From positions 770,189-834,188 of the forward strand of contig OZ253667.1 of the NCBI GenBank assembly GCA_965263235.1: a stretch of DNA of 64,000 nt, in the 5' to 3' direction. Below the pieces are notes generated by a model, which was not told where the DNA came from, did no database searches, and saw only the letters and a program-made list of their open reading frames with translations. A program made the position numbers and the translations under genes. The DNA is from Pseudomonadales bacterium (lineage in GTDB: Bacteria; Pseudomonadota; Gammaproteobacteria; Pseudomonadales; UBA7434). This document shows, piece by piece, positions 57,037 to 64,000 of the stretch (positions are counted from its first letter, which is position 1; each line of letters starts with the position of its first letter).

Positions 57037-58005
57037 ATGCTTTTAAAGAACGCACAGCCAATGTTTGATTCTGCTGGGTTAGGCGGAAAGGTTGCCGTTC
57101 TTATGGGTGGAACCGCTGCCGAGCGAGAAGTATCGCTGCAAAGTGGTCGAGCAGTTTTGGCTGCGCTTGAGTCGCTAAAGGTCGAAACTATTGCAATTGA
57201 TACGGCTAAAGATTTTATTCCTACGCTAATTGAAGAAAGACCGGCGTTTGCTTTTATTGCAGTGCATGGTCGTGGTGGCGAAGACGGAACTTTGCAGGCA
57301 GTTTTAGAGCAATTGAATATTCGTTATAGCGGAAGTGGTGTGCTGGGCTCGGCGTTGGCGATGGATAAAATCCGGAGCAAAACCTTGTGGCAAGGCTCGG
57401 GGGTAGCAACCGCTAGCTTTGAATATGTCGACGATCATTACACGGGTGATTTATGCGCGATGTTCGATCGGTTTGATGGGCCTGTTTTTGTAAAGCCCGC
57501 TGCGGAGGGGTCGAGTTTTGGTTTAAGCGTTGCTCGTACAAGGCAGGAATTGCCCGTTGCTGTGGAGCGGGCGCGGAAGTTCGATCGCAATGTGTTAATA
57601 GAAAAGTTTATTGATGGCCCTGAATATACGGTTGCGTTGTTAGACGGCATTGAGTTGCCTTCGATTTGTATCGAAACCAATCGAGAGTTTTACGATTATC
57701 AGGCTAAGTACGAAGATGATGACACTCGCTTTCGTTTACCGAGCGGGCTATCAGCAGCAGAAGAGGCAGTTGTTCAGTCGCTTGCACGACAAGCATTTGA
57801 TGCGTTGGCCTGTAGCGGCTGGGGGCGTGTTGATTTGATGCGTGACCGAGCAACCGGCGAATTTTATGTGTTAGAGGCTAATACTGTTCCTGGCATGACG
57901 AGTCATAGTTTAGTGCCAAAGGCGGCCGAGGCGGTTGGTTTGGACTTTCCGCGCCTTGTTGGGAATATTATTAATGCGTCAATTATCGCTTGCAGTAAAT
58001 CGTGA
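57037..58005 (+). CDS. ddlB: D-alanine--D-alanine ligase
   Basis: 322-aa ORF. KVAVLMGGTAAEREVSLQSG, HGRGGEDGTLQ, FVKPAAEGSSFG, EANTVPGMT. ATG 57061 is an alternative start. Confidence 0.9.
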   Translation: MLLKNAQPMFDSAGLGGKVAVLMGGTAAEREVSLQSGRAVLAALESLKVETIAIDTAKDFIPTLIEERPAFAFIAVHGRGGEDGTLQAVLEQLNIRYSGSGVLGSALAMDKIRSKTLWQGSGVATASFEYVDDHYTGDLCAMFDRFDGPVFVKPAAEGSSFGLSVARTRQELPVAVERARKFDRNVLIEKFIDGPEYTVALLDGIELPSICIETNREFYDYQAKYEDDDTRFRLPSGLSAAEEAVVQSLARQAFDALACSGWGRVDLMRDRATGEFYVLEANTVPGMTSHSLVPKAAEAVGLDFPRLVGNIINASIIACSKS

Positions 58006-58949
58006 TGAGTAATAGCGAGAGCAAGCGATCAGTGCGCAAGCGTGGCGCCGAGCGAAGTGCTTCGCAATCGCCGCAGCGAAGCTACAGTTTTCGCAAGCTA
58101 TATAGAGGCTCGCGAGTGCTGCTCGGATATTTGGGTTTTGGCGGCGTGCTGGCCGGGCTTGCTTTGCTAGTGATGTTTTCGATGCCGCCGGTCAAACAGT
58201 TTTTGACAGTGCCAGTTACCGACATCGCGTTCGAAGGATATACCGGAAGCGAATTTGTTAGTGCAAGCACTGGTGGCGTATCTGAAGAAGAGCTTTTGGA
58301 GTTGGCGTTACCGTTAATGGGTGAGTCATATTGGCAATTAAGTGTTGAGCACATTAAAAGAGCTGTTGAACAACATCCCTGGGTGCGCAGAGCTACGGTG
58401 AGTAAGCGATGGCCTGCGAAAGTCATTGTGGGAGTAGATGAGTATGTGCCCGTGGCAAGATGGAATGATCGCTATTTAATGTCGATGACTGGTGAGCTTT
58501 TTGAAGTCGCAAACGTAGAAGTGTATCGCGATTTACCGCATTTTATATTGGGGTGGGAAGATAGTGGCAACGCGTTGCTCGTTAGAGAGATGGTTGATCG
58601 TTATAACCGTTATCAGTCGCTACTGGCTCCGCTCGCTTTGCAGATTACGCGAATGGGTTTGCGAACAATGGATGATATTTGGTTAGAAACAGAAAACGGC
58701 GTACGTATTGAAATGGGTAGTCAGGATCACGAAGCGCGGCTGCAACGCATGGTGACGTTTTGTTTGCAGCAAGGCCTTGAAAGTATCCAGTCCTGGCAAA
58801 GTATAGATTTGCGCTACGCAAAAGGTATTTCTGTTCGTAAAGCCGAAGATGTAGCGGATTCGCGCGATAGCGTAAAGCTGTTGGCACCCTTGCATAACAC
58901 GATGCAGATGTTAGATCAGTATCGATTTGCGTCGGCCATGCAGGGTTGA
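58005..58949 (+). CDS. ftsQ: Cell division protein FtsQ
   Basis: TGATG overlap with ddlB. Basic N-terminal tail, single TM segment (LGFGGVLAGLALLVMF), then POTRA-like HPWVRRATVSKRWPAKVIV. Located between ddlB and ftsA. Confidence 0.85.
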   Translation: MSNSESKRSVRKRGAERSASQSPQRSYSFRKLYRGSRVLLGYLGFGGVLAGLALLVMFSMPPVKQFLTVPVTDIAFEGYTGSEFVSASTGGVSEEELLELALPLMGESYWQLSVEHIKRAVEQHPWVRRATVSKRWPAKVIVGVDEYVPVARWNDRYLMSMTGELFEVANVEVYRDLPHFILGWEDSGNALLVREMVDRYNRYQSLLAPLALQITRMGLRTMDDIWLETENGVRIEMGSQDHEARLQRMVTFCLQQGLESIQSWQSIDLRYAKGISVRKAEDVADSRDSVKLLAPLHNTMQMLDQYRFASAMQG

Positions 58950-58957
58950 GGGTAGAT

Positions 58958-60190
58958 ATGGTCGATAAGCAAGAAAGCAGCATGATTGTATCGCTGGACG
59001 TTGGTACCTCTAAGGTATCCGCGATAGTTGCTGAAAGAAATGAAGACGGCAGCATCGAGGTCGTTGGTATTGGTGCGGCGCCTGCGAATGGTATGAAGCG
59101 TGGGGTGGTTGTCAATATCGAGTCGACCACCGAATCGATCAGTAAGGCAATTCGCGAAGCAGAGTTGCTTGCCGGTTGCCACATACATTCTGTTTATACC
59201 GGCATTGCAGGTAATCATATTCGCAGTCTGAACTCGCACGGTATTGTGGCCATTCGAGACCAGGAAGTTGAGGCGGGTGACGTTGAGCGCGTGATAGATG
59301 CCGCGCGAGCAGTGGCAATACCTGCTGACCAAAAAATTCTTCACGTGTTGCCACAGGAATTTATTATCGACAACCAGGAAGGGATTAAAGATCCTATTGG
59401 TATGTCAGGGGTGCGACTGGAGGCGAAAGTACACCTTGTTACTTGTGCGGTTAACGCCGCACAGAATATTGAGAAGTGCATAAACCAGTGTGACCTGGAG
59501 CTTGAAGAAATAATTCTGGAGCAGTTGGCATCAAGTTATGCGGTGTTAACCGATGATGAGCGAGAGTTAGGTGTGTGTTTGGTGGATATTGGCGCGGGGA
59601 CAACCGATATAGCCATATTTACCGACGGTGCGATAAAGCATACGGCCAATATTCCTATAGCGGGAGACCAGGTCACTAACGATATTGCTATGGCTTTTAG
59701 AACGCCAACGCAGCACGCGGAAGAGCTAAAGATTAAGTATGCATGCGCGATGAGCCGCATGGCATCAAGTGGTGAAACGATCAAAGTGCCTAGTGTAGGC
59801 GAACGGCCGCCGCGCGATTTGTCGCGAAGAAATCTGGCCGAAGTTGTTGAGCCACGTTATGAAGAATTGTTTTTGTTTGTTCAGGCTGAGTTAAGACGTA
59901 GCGGTTTTGAAGATCTGATTGCCGCAGGAGTTGTGTTAACAGGCGGAACAGCCAAGATGCAGGGTGCCGTAGAGCTGGCGGAAGAAGTGTTTAACGTTCC
60001 AGTTCGATTGGGTAAGCCACAGGGTATTGTCAGTTTGCAGGATATCGCGCAAAACCCTATTTACTCGACCGGCATTGGGCTGCTGCATTACGGCTTTAAA
60101 CAGGAGCAAGAGGCTCGGCAAGTGGCTGCCGAAGCAGGGTCAAGACGTATTTTTGACAAGGTTAAAAACTGGTTAAAAAGTAATTTTTAA
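58958..60190 (+). CDS. ftsA: Cell division protein FtsA
   Basis: ATG 58958 lies 5 nt after GAGGG. Contains IVSLDVGTSKV, VDIGAGTTDIAIF and VLTGGTAKMQG (actin-fold phosphate motifs). Confidence 0.93.
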   Translation: MVDKQESSMIVSLDVGTSKVSAIVAERNEDGSIEVVGIGAAPANGMKRGVVVNIESTTESISKAIREAELLAGCHIHSVYTGIAGNHIRSLNSHGIVAIRDQEVEAGDVERVIDAARAVAIPADQKILHVLPQEFIIDNQEGIKDPIGMSGVRLEAKVHLVTCAVNAAQNIEKCINQCDLELEEIILEQLASSYAVLTDDERELGVCLVDIGAGTTDIAIFTDGAIKHTANIPIAGDQVTNDIAMAFRTPTQHAEELKIKYACAMSRMASSGETIKVPSVGERPPRDLSRRNLAEVVEPRYEELFLFVQAELRRSGFEDLIAAGVVLTGGTAKMQGAVELAEEVFNVPVRLGKPQGIVSLQDIAQNPIYSTGIGLLHYGFKQEQEARQVAAEAGSRRIFDKVKNWLKSNF

Positions 60191-60219
60191 AAAATGTTTA
60201 TTCCTGAGGGGGAATTGTC

Positions 60220-61509
60220 ATGAGCTGGGACTTGGTAGAAAGTGTTACAAATCAGGCCAACATTAAAGTAGTTGGCATTGGGGGCGGCGGCGGTAACGCG
60301 GTGCGTCATATGATTAACAGTGAGGTCGAGGGTGTTGAGTTTATTTGTACTAACACAGATGCTCAGGCGCTAGACGGCGCGGCAAATACGACGATCTTGC
60401 AAATAGGCACCGAAATTACAAAAGGCCTCGGTGCAGGTGCAGATCCTTCTGTTGGACGATCTGCAGCTCTTGAAGATAAAGAATTAATTGAGTCTGCACT
60501 CAAAGGCGCGGATATGGTTTTTATCACCGCTGGCATGGGTGGTGGTACTGGGACCGGCGCGGCACCAATTGTTGCGCAAATTGCTAAGGACCTCGGCATA
60601 TTAACGATTGCTGTCGTTACCCGACCTTTCCGCTTTGAAGGAAAGAAAAGAAAAGCATTCGCCGACGAAGGTATTCGCGAACTGCATCAATTTGTTGATT
60701 CGTTAATTACCATCCCTAACGACAAGTTGATGACGGTATTGCCTAAAGACGTGCAGGTGCTGGAAGCGTTTGCAGCAGTTGATAATGTTTTAAAAGGTGC
60801 TGTGCAAGGCATTGCAGATTTGATTTATCGTCCAGGTCATATGAACGTCGACTTTGCGGATGTTCGTACAGTCATGCGCGAGATGGGTATGGCGATGATG
60901 GGAACAGGCGTTGCCAGTGGAGCAGACAGAGCGCGTAAAGCGGCAGAAGCAGCTATTCGCAGTCCATTGCTGGAAGATATTAATCTTGATGGTGCTCGCG
61001 GGATTCTGGTTAATGTGAGTGCTAGCGCGGACCTCGGCCTTGCAGAATTCTCTGAAGTTGGCGAGGCGATTGAAGAGTTTGCGGCCGATGATGCAACGGT
61101 TGTGGTAGGTACAGTGCTTGATCCTGAAATGGGAGACGACCTCAAGGTTACCGTGGTAGCAACGGGTCTGGTTGACACAATGCAGGCGAACTTACCTCAA
61201 CCCGAAGCGCGACAGGTTGGCGGAGCACCTCAAGGTAGCGGCAGTTTAGAACATCCGGGTATTGATTACGGCCAGTACTCTTCGCCAGCGATCAATCGCG
61301 TCGGGCAGAATCCTCCCCAGCGCGAAACCGGTGAAGCCCAGGGGCAGCAGTACTACTCATCGGCGATGGCTGGTCAACATGCGCCAGCGCAGGCAAATGC
61401 CGAAGTGCCTGTTTTTGAAGCATCTTCAAACCCTGATGCGCAAAATGCCGACAAGAATGCGACCGACTATTTAGATTTGCCGGCATTTATTCGCAGAATG
61501 GCTAACTAG
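60220..61509 (+). CDS. ftsZ: Cell division GTPase FtsZ
   Basis: 429-aa [38 protein letters not shown] (tubulin signature), NVDFADV. C-terminal [11 protein letters not shown] peptide. Confidence 0.97.
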   Translation: MSWDLVESVTNQANIKVVGIGGGGGNAVRHMINSEVEGVEFICTNTDAQALDGAANTTILQIGTEITKGLGAGADPSVGRSAALEDKELIESALKGADMVFITAGMGGGTGTGAAPIVAQIAKDLGILTIAVVTRPFRFEGKKRKAFADEGIRELHQFVDSLITIPNDKLMTVLPKDVQVLEAFAAVDNVLKGAVQGIADLIYRPGHMNVDFADVRTVMREMGMAMMGTGVASGADRARKAAEAAIRSPLLEDINLDGARGILVNVSASADLGLAEFSEVGEAIEEFAADDATVVVGTVLDPEMGDDLKVTVVATGLVDTMQANLPQPEARQVGGAPQGSGSLEHPGIDYGQYSSPAINRVGQNPPQRETGEAQGQQYYSSAMAGQHAPAQANAEVPVFEASSNPDAQNADKNATDYLDLPAFIRRMAN

Positions 61510-61576
61510 GCAAAGATTGCCACTAACCTTAGATTGGATCTGCGGTCTTAGGGCAGTCGAATACCTCCTCAGATTG

Positions 61577-61613
61577 GCGACCCACCAAATCAGCTCTTTG
61601 GTGGGTCGCTTTT
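61577..61613 (+). terminator. Rho-independent terminator downstream of ftsZ
   Basis: GCGACCCACCAAA-tcagctc-TTTGGTGGGTCGC followed by TTTT: a perfect 13-bp stem with a 7-nt loop. Confidence 0.8.
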
Positions 61614-61890
61614 CGGTAAAACGCGGTATTTGATGCTTTTCGGTAGATCTAAGCGTTGGCAGGGTATGCGCGCTAATGGAAATATGACCTGTTGTGATCG
61701 GCAATAGTTGCCAGGCTTGCTGTGACAAACTGCGAGTTCGAGTCATACAGTTGTCATATCCCCGTAAATTTCCGAGCTAGGGCGGCACGTTTCGTATATA
61801 TTCGCTCTCCCCTCGATAGCACGGACTTTAGCGCTTCTTGTTTCAGCGTATAAATTTTCGCCGGCTAAGGTGAAATTAGGGTGGTGAGCA

Positions 61891-62808
61891 ATGATCAAAC
61901 AACGAACTTTTCGCAATACTATTCGCGCAACTGGTGTGGGTCTTCACACTGGTCGTAAAGTTTTGCTCACGCTGCGTCCCGCGGCGGTTAATACAGGCAT
62001 CATTTTTAGACGAGTTGATCTTGACCCGGTTGTCGAGATTCCAGCTTCTGCCAGCAATGTCAGTGACACCAAGCTTTCGACCACGCTCTCTGCTGGAGGC
62101 GCTAGCGTCTCTACTGTTGAGCACTTGCTGTCAGCTATGGCAGGGATGGGAATCGATAATGCCTATGTAGATATGAATGCGGCTGAAGTGCCTATTATGG
62201 ATGGGAGTGCGGGCCCCTTTGTTTTCCTGATCCAGTCTGCTGGTATTGAAGAGCAGAACGCTCCAAAAGAATATATTCGCATCAAGCGAGAAGTGACAGT
62301 TAGGGATGAAACTGACGGCAAGACCGCGACTTTCCTTCCGCACGATGGCTTTAAAGTTAATTTCACAATAGATTTTGATCACCCTGCCTTTAAAGGGCGC
62401 TCCGCAACCGCCAACGTTGACTTTGGATCGACCTCTTTTGTCCGCGAGGTTAGCCGTGCGCGAACATTTGGCTTTATGAAAGAATTCGAGTATTTGCGAG
62501 CAAATGGCCTGGCGCTAGGCGGAAGCATGGACAATGCGATTGTGATCGACGATTACAAAGTGTTGAATGAAGATGGCTTGCGCTACGAAGATGAGTTTGT
62601 TCGACATAAAATTCTTGATGCGATTGGCGACCTTTACTTGTTGGGCAAAAGCCTGATTGGGGAATTTCGTGCGGTTAAGTCGGGCCATGCTTTAAACAAC
62701 CAATTGTTGCGTGCGCTTCTGGATCAGCCTGAGTCATGGGAACTGGTTACTTTCGATGATGCCAAAGCCGCACCGATTTCCTATGTGACGGCAGCTGCTC
62801 CGGCTTAA
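61891..62808 (+). CDS. lpxC: UDP-3-O-acyl-N-acetylglucosamine deacetylase
   Basis: 305-aa [68 protein letters not shown]. Confidence 0.95.
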   Translation: MIKQRTFRNTIRATGVGLHTGRKVLLTLRPAAVNTGIIFRRVDLDPVVEIPASASNVSDTKLSTTLSAGGASVSTVEHLLSAMAGMGIDNAYVDMNAAEVPIMDGSAGPFVFLIQSAGIEEQNAPKEYIRIKREVTVRDETDGKTATFLPHDGFKVNFTIDFDHPAFKGRSATANVDFGSTSFVREVSRARTFGFMKEFEYLRANGLALGGSMDNAIVIDDYKVLNEDGLRYEDEFVRHKILDAIGDLYLLGKSLIGEFRAVKSGHALNNQLLRALLDQPESWELVTFDDAKAAPISYVTAAAPA

Positions 62809-63172
62809 AGGTGAAGCAGGCCCTGGTTCTAACCAGGTAAAAAAACAACCGTTAATCTTTGCCAGGCGCGCTTACTACGAATGATTTGATTTATTCGTAG
62901 CGCTGGTGCGCTCCATGGTGGTATTATCCGCCAATCGTTTAAATCGTGAGTTTCTAGGCATAAAGATGTCGATTGGATCGTCATCAACGTTTAAATTCGC
63001 GCAATCTGTCGGATATCTCTTACATTCCTTCCTATGCTTACTAGTGGTGCAATTTTTTTGTGTCAACGAAATACGCATTGCGAAGCATCGCAACACTGGC
63101 CACACAGGCACTGATCATGCCTGCGGTAAAAGCGCACGGTGGCGATCCAGGTAGGAATAAACGGGCAACTTA

Positions 63173-64000
63173 ATGAGAACAGCATATTTAAACAACGTTA
63201 AATTTGCGCTGGCAGGTGCCATTGTTGGTGCACTGCTTATGTGGGTTCTTGTCGACCGCTCGCAAGGTTATGTGTCTGAGTCACGCCTTGAGGAACTCAA
63301 ATATGAGTTGTCGAGCCAGTCTGACGCAATGAGCCAGGTGCGAAACGATATCGATAGCAAGCTTGATCACGTGACAAATCGTGTCACTGACTTGCAGGCA
63401 AGAATGCAGCGTATAGATGCTTTGGGACAACACCTGACCTACGTCGCTGGTATCGAGGATGGCGAGTTCGATTTTACATCGCCAGTACCGTCTGGTGGCC
63501 CCGCCGAGCAAGATCATCATAGCGATGCGCCATTGGCGAATATTCATGAGCTGGATCGCTTGCTGGCGTCAATCGATGACACGCTCCGCTACAGAAGTAC
63601 CCAGTTAACGCTTTTGGCCAACGAAATGCAGTATCTGGAGCAGCACAAGCAGAACGAGATCACGGGCAAGCCCGTCAGGTCTGGCTGGTTATCTAGCGCT
63701 TACGGATACCGAAATGACCCCTTTACCGGGGCTAAAGCGTGGCACAACGGTGTTGATTTTGCGGGCAAGTTGGGCTCCGATATCGTCGCCGTCGCTGGCG
63801 GAGTGGTGACCAAGTCTGAACTACAAGGAGGCTATGGCTATCTGGTCGAGATAAGCCACGCCGATGGATATATTACACGCTATGCCCATAACAAAAAAAA
63901 TATCGTCGAGCAGGGCGAAGTAGTTGAAAAAGGGCAAAAGATCGCCACTATGGGTAGCACTGGCCGATCAACTGGGCCCCACGTGCATTTTGAAGTATTA
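63173..64000 (+). CDS. M23-family metallopeptidase (N-terminal TM + coiled coil), 3' end runs off the window
   Basis: Not in the ORF track because there is no stop in the window. ATG 63173 opens a 276-codon stop-free frame to the window end. TM segment FALAGAIVGALLMWVL. Motifs AWHNGVDF (HxxxD) and GPHVHFEV (HxH). The position after lpxC matches Pseudomonas-type synteny. Confidence 0.85.
   Translation, partial: MRTAYLNNVKFALAGAIVGALLMWVLVDRSQGYVSESRLEELKYELSSQSDAMSQVRNDIDSKLDHVTNRVTDLQARMQRIDALGQHLTYVAGIEDGEFDFTSPVPSGGPAEQDHHSDAPLANIHELDRLLASIDDTLRYRSTQLTLLANEMQYLEQHKQNEITGKPVRSGWLSSAYGYRNDPFTGAKAWHNGVDFAGKLGSDIVAVAGGVVTKSELQGGYGYLVEISHADGYITRYAHNKKNIVEQGEVVEKGQKIATMGSTGRSTGPHVHFEVL

Noticed and set aside
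58645-59184. 179-aa and 142-aa minus-strand ORFs across the ftsQ/ftsA junction
   Set aside because: Both are antisense to well-supported ftsQ and ftsA and have no recognisable motifs. This is a typical shadow-ORF pattern.
61471-61746. 91-aa minus-strand ORF spanning the ftsZ 3' end and its terminator
   Set aside because: It overlaps ftsZ coding sequence and runs through the terminator hairpin. It shows no family resemblance.
62821-62850. Hairpin CCTGG-ttctaa-CCAGG after lpxC as a terminator
   Set aside because: The stem is short and is followed by an A-run, not a T-run, on the plus strand. On the minus strand the T-run would precede the stem. It is not a canonical intrinsic terminator in either orientation.
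1-64000. Scan for tRNA/rRNA genes, CRISPR arrays, IS elements, integrases, toxin-antitoxin or known defence-system genes
   Set aside because: None was recognised. Every ORF over ~150 aa is accounted for by polysaccharide biosynthesis or housekeeping functions. The only tandem repeat seen is the 17-mer array at 35575-35652.

Overview
64-kb window from a gammaproteobacterium. The gene order of the right half resembles Pseudomonas/Cellvibrio-type chromosomes, which is inference only. All family assignments were made by eye from the translated ORFs, with no database search.

LEFT HALF (1-32.4 kb): one large surface-polysaccharide locus, almost entirely on the plus strand.
- (a) A pseudaminic-acid-like nonulosonate module: pseB, an RmlD-like reductase, a NeuB-family synthase, an NTF2-like protein and a PseG-like hydrolase. 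Divergent from it are an SpsF/PseF-like cytidylyltransferase, a KpsS/KpsC-like protein and a partial acyltransferase at the left edge.
- (b) A visibly AT-rich block of glycosyltransferases. It also holds two O-acyltransferases, a secreted beta-helix protein, a Wzy/O-antigen-ligase-family membrane protein and a Gfo/Idh/MocA oxidoreductase with an orphan N-terminal domain.
- (c) A 630-nt non-coding gap carrying a strong intrinsic terminator.
- (d) An exosortase-linked module: a bi-domain oxidoreductase, a heparinase II/III-like protein, a WbuB-like GT4, an exosortase fused to an EpsI domain, an extended WecA/MraY-family initiating transferase, a PrsT-like TPR lipoprotein and wecB.
- No Wzx, Wza/Wzc, PrsK/PrsR or PEP-CTERM cargo gene is visible in the window.

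RIGHT HALF (32.6-64 kb): ordinary, highly conserved housekeeping genes.
- proA-nadD-rsfS-rlmH-mrdA-rodA-mltB-rlpA-dacA-ybeD-lipB.
- This is followed directly by a complete dcw cluster (mraZ-rsmH-ftsL-ftsI-murE-murF-mraY-murD-ftsW-murG-murC-ddlB-ftsQ-ftsA-ftsZ), then lpxC and the start of an M23 peptidase.

No tRNA, rRNA, CRISPR array, IS element or integrase was seen.

Most interesting items:
- The nonulosonate module has no aminotransferase in view.
- The oxidoreductase/heparinase-like/GT4 triad sits next to the exosortase-EpsI fusion.
- A hairpin, a mini-ORF and a terminator lie in the 630-nt gap.
- A 17-bp x ~4.6 tandem repeat overlaps the mrdA start codon.
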